This document shows, piece after piece, positions 9,887 through 18,684 of a stretch of DNA of 64,000 nt. The stretch lies in IMG/VR virus record IMGVR_UViG_3300011008_000007; one strand, given 5' to 3'. A model generated the notes under the pieces. The model was not told the DNA's origin. It worked only from the letters and a program-made list of their open reading frames with translations, and made no database searches. This stretch comes from a virus. Lineage: Duplodnaviria; Heunggongvirae; Uroviricota; Caudoviricetes. The position numbers and the translations under genes were made by a program. Every line of letters starts with the position of its first letter. Within the stretch, counting starts at the first letter, position 1.

Positions 9887-10429
9887 ATGAAATATTCAGA
9901 TATTCCGCAGTTTACACGCAGCGGAGCATATCAGGTAAATGTGCCACTTAATTATGTAGAGGAAGAAATAAATCATTTTATAAATGATAATGGGTTACAA
10001 TTAAACCCTGATTTTCAGCGCGGTCACGTTTGGACGAAAAAGCAACAAATTGCATTTGTAGAATTTTTATTGCGTGGCGGTAAATCTTCCAAAATAATCT
10101 ATTTTAACTGTCCTTCGTGGTTCAACGATAATAATGAAAGTGATTATAATGATTTTGTCGTTGTGGATGGTTTACAACGACTGACTGCGGTTCTTGCATT
10201 TGTTCACAATGAAATCCCTGTTTTCAATGCTTATTACAAGGATTATGAGGGTGGTATTCCAATTGACATAAATTTAATATTTAATGTTAATGACCTTAAA
10301 ACAAAAGCAGAAGTGTTAAAGTGGTATATTGAGATTAATTCTGGTGGAACACCTCATACAGATAGCGAGATAGAAAAGGTTAAGTCACTATTAAAAATAG
10401 AAGAATCAAAAGGAAACAAAAATGAGTAA
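9887..10429 (+). CDS. DUF262/ParB-like nuclease-domain protein
   Basis: FQRGHVW...VVDGLQRLTAV resembles the DGQQR motif of DUF262 (GmrSD N-terminal domain family). Confidence 0.45.
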   Translation: MKYSDIPQFTRSGAYQVNVPLNYVEEEINHFINDNGLQLNPDFQRGHVWTKKQQIAFVEFLLRGGKSSKIIYFNCPSWFNDNNESDYNDFVVVDGLQRLTAVLAFVHNEIPVFNAYYKDYEGGIPIDINLIFNVNDLKTKAEVLKWYIEINSGGTPHTDSEIEKVKSLLKIEESKGNKNE

Positions 10430-10922
10430 AAATATAGCAAGAAAAATATTGGAATTAGAACGACTGTGGCAGGAAACCGACAGTAACATAATAGGTGAAA
10501 CTGTTGAGTTGGAACTATTCGAGAAGGGTTATACGACACCTAATGCACAAATTAACAAACTAATGGAAATTACGAACTCTACTAAGCACGCTGTTTATGC
10601 TTGGCGCAATAATAGCAGGGGAAACGTAAAGATTCCATTTTTAAAATTATGTATGATTGCAGACAAATTAAACATTGATATTGAAAAAATAATTATCGGA
10701 GGAAACAATATGTATAAGACAAGATTTATTGTAAAGAGAACGGTTGGAAATGTTGATGAGGTTATTAAGTTTTTTGACGCAGAGGATAAGGATGCTGCCA
10801 TTGCATATGCAAAGAAAATATCTGATAAAAACGTGAACGGTATTATCGTATGCGCTAAAGGCTCCTATGACGACAGCGGCAAGGCTAAGGATAACAAAGA
10901 GGAAATCTTTGAGATTTACTAA
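10422..10922 (+). CDS. XRE-family helix-turn-helix protein
   Basis: Segment INKLMEITNSTKHAVYAWRNNSRGNVKIPFLKLCMIADKLNIDIEKII looks like a Cro/CI-type HTH. Confidence 0.45.
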   Translation: MSKNIARKILELERLWQETDSNIIGETVELELFEKGYTTPNAQINKLMEITNSTKHAVYAWRNNSRGNVKIPFLKLCMIADKLNIDIEKIIIGGNNMYKTRFIVKRTVGNVDEVIKFFDAEDKDAAIAYAKKISDKNVNGIIVCAKGSYDDSGKAKDNKEEIFEIY

Positions 10923-11104
10923 GCGCCGCGCCGCCGCTTCCCCCCCTTATAGGTTTTCGAGTTGTAACCAATATGTGTGCGGAAATGTTTTTATTTTAGT
11001 TATGTATATTGAATATTTCCGTACACAAAATCTTTAAACCAAAGAGGGAAAATACGCAGCATTTTGGGCGCAAAATATTTATAAAAGTCAATAGGTGCTG
11101 CGAC

Positions 11105-11312
11105 AATTATTATATAAGTGTTATAAGGTAAATATATTTATGTAAGTAAAGTTTGCTTATATAATAATTGTTTCTTATATAAGGAACTAATATTAATATA
11201 AGTTACTTATATAAGAAACTAACATAATATAAGTTACTTATATACACCACTAATATTATATATATAACTTATATTAGCTTATATTATATATACGCTAATA
11301 TAAGGAACTTTT
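11105..11312. repeat. AT-rich iteron-like direct repeats (CTTATATAAGRAACT family)
   Basis: At least five imperfect copies of TTATATAAG(G/A)AACT / ACTTATAT in a 435 nt ORF-free region. Confidence 0.5.
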
Positions 11313-11357
11313 AATAGCAATAAACCTAACAAAAAAACTATTGGGAGAGATATAAAA

Positions 11358-11780
11358 ATGAAACCTATGGTGTATCAACCGGAAAGAAAAATTGAAGTGT
11401 TGCACGATGGAGTGTATGAGGGTTATCACTATGCCATATTATCATACGGGACACATCCTTGTGCTTATGTAGAAATCCCGAAAGACCATCCGTATTACAA
11501 ATACAACACAGACAAAATTGAAGATATTATATCTTGCCATTGGGGAATTACCTATTGTCACAACTTTAAATCAAACCATAAAGACGCAAGCGCTCATATC
11601 TATGAAGTGTTCGGAAAGAGTAAGGTGATTGGTTGGGATTATGCGCATTGCTATGATTATTCCGGCACATATATAAAACGTCCTTCTGTATATTTTGATT
11701 CTTTAAAGAAGTGGACTACTGAGGAAATCTACGAGGAAGTTATTGAGGTAATCAAACAACTAAAGGGAGCGATAGAATAA
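11358..11780 (+). CDS. hypothetical protein
   Basis: ORF with SD. Confidence 0.45.
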   Translation: MKPMVYQPERKIEVLHDGVYEGYHYAILSYGTHPCAYVEIPKDHPYYKYNTDKIEDIISCHWGITYCHNFKSNHKDASAHIYEVFGKSKVIGWDYAHCYDYSGTYIKRPSVYFDSLKKWTTEEIYEEVIEVIKQLKGAIE

Positions 11781-12217
11781 TGGAAGATATGTTTTTCTTC
11801 TCCGAAAGATTTGAGCCAAAATCTAATTTAAAAAACCTAACCAAAGAAGAACTAAAGAATCGTTTGCGTTATTTTAAAAAGGTTGAAGATGACCATTCCA
11901 AACGTTGGCTTTGGTATAAGTTCCGTTTTAAGGATATTGATTTTGGAATTGTCGAATATTCCGATGAAAGAGGCAGAACACTTGTTAGAAGAATGACCTG
12001 GAATTGGGGAGTGGACAATGAAATAAGACCTTATCACAAAGGCTATAAATCTCCGCCAAAGAAATATCATTGCTTTAACGGCAAAAAGATTGACGATATT
12101 ATCCGAGCTATTCAGTTAGGGATTTTAATTATTGACGAATCTTCTAAGGGTTATTGCTTACAAGAGAACACAGAATGCTTTAGAACATATAGGGCGGCAA
12201 GAAAAGCTCTCACATAG
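11780..12217 (+). CDS. hypothetical protein
   Basis: ORF with SD. Confidence 0.45.
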   Translation: MEDMFFFSERFEPKSNLKNLTKEELKNRLRYFKKVEDDHSKRWLWYKFRFKDIDFGIVEYSDERGRTLVRRMTWNWGVDNEIRPYHKGYKSPPKKYHCFNGKKIDDIIRAIQLGILIIDESSKGYCLQENTECFRTYRAARKALT

Positions 12218-12352
12218 CTCTAATAAGCCGAGAATTAAATCCTGTGACAGTTTTATTAACAAGTAATATAAACTCTTATCTGCAACAAATAATGCGATAC
12301 AAGGCGAATCTAAGAGAGAAATATTAAATTTATAAGCCTAACAAAAAAACTA

Positions 12353-12381
12353 TTGACAAATATAATAAATTGTGTTATAAT
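12353..12381 (+). promoter_or_regulatory. promoter with A-rich block + TTGACA-N17-TGtTATAAT
   Basis: Hexamers 12353-12358 and 12376-12381. Confidence 0.55.
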
Positions 12382-12418
12382 GCAAATATAGTAAATGAGT
12401 TACTAAGGAGTGACGATT

Positions 12419-13345
12419 ATGGCACAGGTTGCACGGGTAAAATCTAAAGCAAAGATTATTGAACTGTTTCCGCAAGTTGTTGAGGAAACCAAAAAGGTAA
12501 GTTCAGCGCCTAATAATAAGAAAAAGGGAACTAAGTCGGAAGTGTTTGCGTTCAGAAGCATTGAGGACATTAAGAATGTTATCAATTACTTCTACAATCG
12601 CGGCGAGTGGATTCATTATCTTTATATTACTCTTGGTTTGAATCTTGTAAGACGTGTAGGGGATATGCTCACGCTGACTTGGGAAAACTTCTTTGACCCA
12701 CGCACAGGAAATTTCCGAGATGATATTCTTGAAATTTGCGAGGATAAGACAGACAAGTTTGCTAACCCGCATATCAATTCAGCTTGCAGAGATGCTATTA
12801 CCAATTATCTTGCTAAGGTTGGTTATGACCCTGCGGTTGATGATTACAAAATGCCTGTATTCTATCAGTTTACCGGCACGGCAAAAGGCAGAGTTCTTAG
12901 TCAGAGCGGCGAACTCAAAGCAATGAAGAGAGCTGCTGAATATCTTAACCTCACTTATAATATCGGAACTCATAGTCTGCGTAAAACATTTGGTAAGTGG
13001 AGCAGAATACTTCACCCATATGATAATGACAGTATGGAGCTTCTTAGAGCCATATACAACCATAGTGATACTAAAACTACAAGTCGTTATATTGGTTTGA
13101 CTAAAGAGAAGATTGATGATTATTATGACGATATGGGTTCATTCTATACCGATTATGTTGTAGGAGATAAGGAGTTTAAGCATAGCGCGGTTTCTCCGTT
13201 GGTTAGCATTGAGCGCAACGATATTATGGAAGTAGTTAAAATGGCTTATCAGCTCGGAAAAGAGTGTTCAGAGGAAACGGATTCCGAGGTTCATCTTGAT
13301 AATATGACCTCAATGCTTTCGATGATAGATGACCTTGCAAAGTAA
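12419..13345 (+). CDS. tyrosine recombinase/integrase family protein
   Basis: C-terminal catalytic signature GTHSLRKTFG ... YNHSDTKTTSRYIG (HxxR...Y of tyrosine recombinases). Confidence 0.6.
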   Translation: MAQVARVKSKAKIIELFPQVVEETKKVSSAPNNKKKGTKSEVFAFRSIEDIKNVINYFYNRGEWIHYLYITLGLNLVRRVGDMLTLTWENFFDPRTGNFRDDILEICEDKTDKFANPHINSACRDAITNYLAKVGYDPAVDDYKMPVFYQFTGTAKGRVLSQSGELKAMKRAAEYLNLTYNIGTHSLRKTFGKWSRILHPYDNDSMELLRAIYNHSDTKTTSRYIGLTKEKIDDYYDDMGSFYTDYVVGDKEFKHSAVSPLVSIERNDIMEVVKMAYQLGKECSEETDSEVHLDNMTSMLSMIDDLAK

Positions 13346-13356
13346 AGGAGTAGAAA

Positions 13357-13704
13357 ATGTCAATTGTAATAAAAGAATTGAATGATTTACCCATAGGGAA
13401 ACACAAAGTCACGATATTTGTTGACCCTACGGTTAAAAAGAAACGAATATTAATAGACAAATCTTATAAAGATGACAACGGACGGATAGTTGGAGATTAC
13501 CCAATATATGATTTTGATATTTTATCTAAAGAGTCTGGCGACTTAATTAGCCGAGATGATTTAATATCTAAATCTCATTATTCTACGTCAGTAGGGGTAA
13601 ATGTTCCAATAGAAGAAATTATAAATGCGCCCGCTGTCATTGAGGGAGAATCGAGCGAGATTGCAAGCGAAACACAGAACATAATAAATCTTTTTAATGC
13701 TTGA
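13357..13704 (+). CDS. hypothetical protein
   Basis: ORF with SD. Confidence 0.45.
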   Translation: MSIVIKELNDLPIGKHKVTIFVDPTVKKKRILIDKSYKDDNGRIVGDYPIYDFDILSKESGDLISRDDLISKSHYSTSVGVNVPIEEIINAPAVIEGESSEIASETQNIINLFNA

Positions 13705-13722
13705 ATTTGTATCGGAGTTAAT

Positions 13723-13914
13723 ATGGCAATTAAAGGAATACCCAAAGTAGAACAGATACAGGTTACGTTCACACGAGAGAACGGAGATGTGTTTATTACC
13801 ACAAGAAATAATCGCACAGGAGTGTGGTTTATGTATAAAGTCGAAAACGACGAGGCAACAAAGTTAGGTCAATCGAATGACCCGACAAAACTTGATGAGA
13901 AATTTATAAAGTAA
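13723..13914 (+). CDS. hypothetical protein
   Basis: ORF. Confidence 0.4.
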   Translation: MAIKGIPKVEQIQVTFTRENGDVFITTRNNRTGVWFMYKVENDEATKLGQSNDPTKLDEKFIK

Positions 13915-13925
13915 AGGAGAATTTT

Positions 13926-14393
13926 ATGGGAAACAGAGCGGTCATTACGACCAGAGAAAATTTTGACAACAACGGAGTAGGAGTTTATTTGCATTGGAAC
14001 GGCGGCAGAGATAGCGTAGAAGCGTTCTTAATGTATTGCAAAATCAAAGGTTATCGTTCTCCCGATATGGATAATTACGGTTGGGCTTATCTTGCTACGA
14101 CTATTGGTAATTATTTTGGAGATGGTTTATCTCTTGCCGTAGATAAGGTAGAGAACCTTGATTGCAACAATTTTGATAATGGTGTCTATATCATTAAAAA
14201 TTGGGAGATTGTTGACAGAGAATTTAAGGAGAACGGAGAACAACACGAATATGACCTTATAGAAATGTTGAAAGATATTAACGATTCGCAGCCTGGCAAG
14301 ATTCGGATGCTTGACAGCGAATTAGTTGAGGTAGCGGAAGCAATTTTGCGCAGCAAATCTGCTGAGAATAACGACAAGGAGGAAATAAAATGA
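13926..14393 (+). CDS. hypothetical protein
   Basis: ORF with SD. Confidence 0.45.
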   Translation: MGNRAVITTRENFDNNGVGVYLHWNGGRDSVEAFLMYCKIKGYRSPDMDNYGWAYLATTIGNYFGDGLSLAVDKVENLDCNNFDNGVYIIKNWEIVDREFKENGEQHEYDLIEMLKDINDSQPGKIRMLDSELVEVAEAILRSKSAENNDKEEIK

Positions 14394-14845
14394 TTGTTTT
14401 ATTATTTGGGTTAGCAATTGCGGCTTTAGCAACAGGAATAATTATTTATATCAAAGTGGATGATGATGTTGGTTTTACAATCAATGTTATTGCAATTGCT
14501 TCTTTGATAATTTTTATGGTTCCAGCTATTGTAATTGGAGCGTGTATTTCAGATAAAGCCTGCGCAGACGAAAAGATTAATCTCTATCAATCTGAAAACG
14601 ATAGAATTGAAAGAGAAATAAGTATAATAGTTGAAAATTATAAAGATTATGAAAAAGACACTTTTGCTGAATTTAAAGGTAAAGATGCAACGACATTGGT
14701 TACAATGTTTCCAGAGCTTAAATCCGATAAACTTGTAAGCAAGCAGATTGATATATATAACAAAAACAAGCAGAAAATTGTTGCTTTAAAAGAAGATAAA
14801 ATAAGTATTAAACCATTAAGATGGTGGCTATACTTTGGTTCATAA
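14390..14845 (+). CDS. hypothetical membrane protein
   Basis: Two hydrophobic N-terminal segments. Confidence 0.45.
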   Translation: MIVLLFGLAIAALATGIIIYIKVDDDVGFTINVIAIASLIIFMVPAIVIGACISDKACADEKINLYQSENDRIEREISIIVENYKDYEKDTFAEFKGKDATTLVTMFPELKSDKLVSKQIDIYNKNKQKIVALKEDKISIKPLRWWLYFGS

Positions 14846-14905
14846 ATGGTTTTCGTTACAAAAATTAACTATTATTACGAGTTTATAAACATATCATAAA
14901 AACTA

Positions 14906-14934
14906 TTGACAAACTTGTAACTTTATGTTATACT
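14906..14934 (+). promoter_or_regulatory. promoter TTGACA-N17-TGtTATACT
   Basis: Hexamers 14906-14911 and 14929-14934. Confidence 0.5.
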
Positions 14935-15078
14935 ATACCCACAATCACACGAAGATTGTATAATATACTCAAATTAGCTTTGAAAGGTGGAGATATTGTA
15001 ACACTATAACTTAATAAACATATGAATACATAGTATCATTGGCGTTACATATAACTACCAGCCAAAGAGGGTGAAACT

Positions 15079-15471
15079 ATGTATAACAAGAACAATTCAA
15101 TAAGACCGAAGTTTGGAGAAATATGGATGTGTAACCTTTATGCAGAAGGTAGCATTCAGAGGGGATATAGACCGGTACTCATTATATCTAACAACCAAAA
15201 TAATACATACTCTCCGACAATCAATGTAATTCCATTGACAACTAAAATGAATAAAAAGAAGTTGCCTATTCACGTTGAGTTGTGGAACTATCAAGAGTAT
15301 GGATTAAAGGCTCCGAGTACAATATTGGTTGAACAAATCACAACGATTCCTCTTGAAAATTTGACTAAGAGAATCGGCAAGATAGACGACAGTTATACTT
15401 TAGGCGCAATTTATCAAGCGATGAGTATTCAATTCCCCATATTGAGTGTTATTAATATGCACATAGCATAA
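15079..15471 (+). CDS. PemK/MazF-like endoribonuclease toxin family protein
   Basis: RPKFGEIWMCNL...GYRPVLIISNN...INVIPLTTK matches the MazF/PemK fold pattern (GDI..dF, RPalVvs, vvvaPiTs). Confidence 0.55.
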   Translation: MYNKNNSIRPKFGEIWMCNLYAEGSIQRGYRPVLIISNNQNNTYSPTINVIPLTTKMNKKKLPIHVELWNYQEYGLKAPSTILVEQITTIPLENLTKRIGKIDDSYTLGAIYQAMSIQFPILSVINMHIA

Positions 15472-15491
15472 TAAATCTGTCAAAAAAACTA

Positions 15492-15520
15492 TTGACAGCT
15501 CATTATAACTGTGTTATTGT
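15492..15520 (+). promoter_or_regulatory. promoter TTGACA-N17-TGtTATTGT
   Basis: Hexamers 15492-15497 and 15515-15520 with the A-rich block upstream. Confidence 0.45.
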
Positions 15521-15543
15521 ATATATGAAAGTGAGGTTATAGT

Positions 15544-16545
15544 ATGCCAAAAATTTCTACCAAAGAGTTAATAGACGAATATTTTGACAGCATTAAGTAT
15601 GATGTAGCGAAGAATACTCTTCCTAAAGTTAAGCCAACTGTTGACCGTCCCGAGCTCTATACTTATGAGATAAAGATTGGAAAGCAGCTTGTCGAAATGA
15701 ACGCAGATGAAATATTGGATATGTTGTTTTATATAGAAACTCATTCAACAACATTTTCAGCCAATACTTCTATTACAATGTCAAGCGTATATGCTCGTAT
15801 ATCTCAGTATCGGAATATCGTCAATTATTACATTGACCACTATGAGGTAATAAAGAATCCTTTTAACGACAAAAAATTAAAAGGAAAAAATGTATCTGAT
15901 TATATGAACAGTAAGGTCAAGGGGTTATCGGTAGAGGATGTCGAGAGAGCTATCGAGGCTATTCAAAACGCCTACATAGATTATCGGCGCGATTATTATG
16001 AATGTGTTGTTCGATTGTTTTATGAGGGTGTTGCAACTCCACAAGAATTAATTGATATAAAGAAAGAACATATTAATTTTGAAACCAAAGAAATATCAAT
16101 AAATAATAAGGTAATCAGGTTATCAGAAAGATGCTTTGAGTTATTTATTAGGCAACACAATGCAACTCAGGTTGAGGCTTGGCGAGGCTATTATGACGCA
16201 ATTCCTTATCGCGGCAGTTTTATAAAATTCTATGTGAGGTCGCAAAGTGTTCCAGAGTTTGACGATTTGGATGTTGGACAGATAACTTCAAAGATAAGCA
16301 AAATAATAACCAAATGTATTAGACAGGATTTACACATTGATATTAAATCTTATAGAGAGATATATGGACTTGGTTTTTATAATTTCTTTGTAAAGAAAGT
16401 TGGAAATAAAGACAAGGCTGATGAGATTATTAATTCTGTCCGAAATGCAGAATATGTTGAAATTATTATGCAAGCTGCAAAAGAATATGGTGTATCAGCA
16501 ACAAACTCTTCGCAAGTAAAAGAGATATTGCGTAAATATATATAA
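15544..16545 (+). CDS. hypothetical protein
   Basis: ORF with SD. Confidence 0.5.
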   Translation: MPKISTKELIDEYFDSIKYDVAKNTLPKVKPTVDRPELYTYEIKIGKQLVEMNADEILDMLFYIETHSTTFSANTSITMSSVYARISQYRNIVNYYIDHYEVIKNPFNDKKLKGKNVSDYMNSKVKGLSVEDVERAIEAIQNAYIDYRRDYYECVVRLFYEGVATPQELIDIKKEHINFETKEISINNKVIRLSERCFELFIRQHNATQVEAWRGYYDAIPYRGSFIKFYVRSQSVPEFDDLDVGQITSKISKIITKCIRQDLHIDIKSYREIYGLGFYNFFVKKVGNKDKADEIINSVRNAEYVEIIMQAAKEYGVSATNSSQVKEILRKYI

Positions 16546-16620
16546 ATAATACAAGGCTGAGTGTTCAGCCTTGGTTATTAAATTTATAAACCTATCAATA
16601 AAATTAAAGGAGGGTTATAT

Positions 16621-17277
16621 GTGGCGTTTTTATTATTTGATGGTAAAAACAAGTATCTAAGAAGAGATGCACAGGGTAATTTTATTCCTGTCAAAAAGAA
16701 AGTTCTTGCCGAGGCTTGGGATAATAGGCAAACTGCGCAGAACATTTTAAAAAATAGTGTGTCTAAGAATCTGAGGCATAGATACAGAGTAGTAGAAGTA
16801 GAGGATGTTTCTCCGCCGCCAATAATTAATAAGCAGTCGGCTGATAATAATCAGGGGGATGGGAATAAACCAACTCAACAGCTTAGTATTTCGGTGGCTT
16901 TCAAAGAGGGAGAGGTAGATGATTCCGAATTAATCGAATGGTGTAATAAGCTCAATACCTTTACAAGTTTTGTGCAGGAAGCAGAAGACCGGAAGAAAGA
17001 ATTGAGCGATATGTTAAGTGAAGTTGACCAGGAATTAAGTGACATAGACCACAGGCTCGAACAAAAACCTTTCAATGCGTCGCAGGGTTGTATTTATGCG
17101 AATATGCGCAGAGAAAGATTGCTAAGGCGCCGCAAAATTAAGAACGAACTTACTATTTTAACTTGGCTCGGAGAATGCAAAGTTAATACTTCTATGATTT
17201 TGGATATTAAGAAAGAAGTATCAAGGCTCAATGGTCGTACATATCAACCAAGAAGATTAATTGGGCTATTTGAGTAA
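16621..17277 (+). CDS. hypothetical protein
   Basis: GTG start 7 nt after AAGGAGGG. Confidence 0.45.
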   Translation: MAFLLFDGKNKYLRRDAQGNFIPVKKKVLAEAWDNRQTAQNILKNSVSKNLRHRYRVVEVEDVSPPPIINKQSADNNQGDGNKPTQQLSISVAFKEGEVDDSELIEWCNKLNTFTSFVQEAEDRKKELSDMLSEVDQELSDIDHRLEQKPFNASQGCIYANMRRERLLRRRKIKNELTILTWLGECKVNTSMILDIKKEVSRLNGRTYQPRRLIGLFE

Positions 17278-17286
17278 GGAGTTAAA

Positions 17287-17751
17287 ATGAAGTTAGAAGA
17301 AATCAGAATTAGCAAAGCGTTTCAAAAACATACTCCCTCAGAGCGCAAGATGGAGAGGTTTAGACGTTTTTATGAAGAAAATGGTTGTATAGATAAACCC
17401 CTTGTGTTAAATAGGACAAACATTCTTCTTGATGGTTATGCACGCTATTTGGTTCTCAAAGAGTGTGGGGTAGAGGAAACCGAACAGATTACATATAATG
17501 AGAATTTTGCCAAATACCGAACAGAAGAAACCACATATGTGTATGCCAAACACCATGGTATTGAGAGAGAATTTGTTTGGAGAGTTCCAAAGCACAGAAT
17601 AGATTTATCAGACCTAAAAGTTGGAGATGATATAGTCGTTCGGACAAAATACGGAACCAAGAAAGTAACAATTTCTCGCATAGAACAAGCAAAAATTCCG
17701 CCAACTACGCAGCCTATTAAAAGAGTGGTTAAAAAGTGCAAAGAAGATTAG
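17287..17751 (+). CDS. ParB-like nuclease N-terminal domain protein (tentative)
   Basis: KPLVLNRTNILLDGYARYLVLKECG resembles the ParB/Srx-fold core. Confidence 0.35.
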   Translation: MKLEEIRISKAFQKHTPSERKMERFRRFYEENGCIDKPLVLNRTNILLDGYARYLVLKECGVEETEQITYNENFAKYRTEETTYVYAKHHGIEREFVWRVPKHRIDLSDLKVGDDIVVRTKYGTKKVTISRIEQAKIPPTTQPIKRVVKKCKED

Positions 17752-17762
17752 GGTGATATTAA

Positions 17763-18560
17763 ATGGCTATTATTGGTTCTATTATAGGAGACATAGCGGG
17801 TTCAGTAATTGAATTTGGAAAACCAAAAGACTATAATCCAAAAACTGCCAAGCTGTTTACAGACGATAATGAATTTACAGACGATACTGTTTTATCTATT
17901 GCTACAAAATATGCAATTGAAAATGCTCGTTATGGAGTTCCCGATTATGCCGGAGCATATCACGAATTTGGATTAAAATACCCATATTGCGGATATGGCG
18001 AAATGTTTATGGATTGGTTGGAATCCGACAATCCTCTCCCTTATGGAAGTTACGGAAACGGTTCGGCAATGAGGGTATCATATATTGCAGACTATTATTC
18101 TGGATTTGGAGAGATTAAGAGGCAGGCAGAACGTTCAGCAGAATGTACCCATAACCACGAAGAGGGAATTAAAGGCGCTATGGTTGCAGCGACTTGTATT
18201 TGGGTTGCTAAAAATGGCACAAGAAAAGATGACGTATTGAGATTTGGGAAGAGGTTTTATCCAAAATCTGAATACCCATATAGTTGCGAATATTCTTTAG
18301 ATGAACTTAGAGAGTTCTATAAGTGGGATGCGACTTGTCAAGGTTCTGTTCCTTTGGCTATTAGATGTATATATGAAGCAGACAATTATGAGGAATTTTT
18401 AAGAAATGTATTCAGCGTTGATTGCGATGCCGATACCGTAGCCTGTATTGGCGGCGGAATCGCAGAAGAATTGTTTGATGGAACGGGGTTCGACAACAAG
18501 GAAATACTTGAAAAGTATTTGCCGGAAGAATTATATAAACAAATATCAATACTTTTATAA
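17763..18560 (+). CDS. ADP-ribosylglycohydrolase (DraG/ARH family)
   Basis: N-terminal GSIIGDIAGSVIEF (GxxxGDAxG...E) and GNGSAMR, both hallmarks of ADP-ribosylglycohydrolases. Confidence 0.6.
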   Translation: MAIIGSIIGDIAGSVIEFGKPKDYNPKTAKLFTDDNEFTDDTVLSIATKYAIENARYGVPDYAGAYHEFGLKYPYCGYGEMFMDWLESDNPLPYGSYGNGSAMRVSYIADYYSGFGEIKRQAERSAECTHNHEEGIKGAMVAATCIWVAKNGTRKDDVLRFGKRFYPKSEYPYSCEYSLDELREFYKWDATCQGSVPLAIRCIYEADNYEEFLRNVFSVDCDADTVACIGGGIAEELFDGTGFDNKEILEKYLPEELYKQISILL

Positions 18561-18577
18561 ACATAGCAAAAAAATTA

Positions 18578-18606
18578 TTGACAGACTTATGAAAATATGG
18601 TATAAT
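18578..18606 (+). promoter_or_regulatory. promoter TTGACA-N17-TGgTATAAT
   Basis: Hexamers 18578-18583 and 18601-18606. Confidence 0.55.
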
Positions 18607-18684
18607 AAGACCATAGTGAAAAAGGTTTTAGCACTATCTTTTTTATCATTTACAAACCTATCAAAAAAAATAAAGGAAAGAAGA

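Noticed and set aside
18448-18684. Track start 18448 for the DGR target ORF (overlapping the ARH gene by 110 nt)
   Set aside because: Promoter (18578-18606) and SD followed by ATG 18685 lie downstream, so the upstream extension is an open-frame artefact
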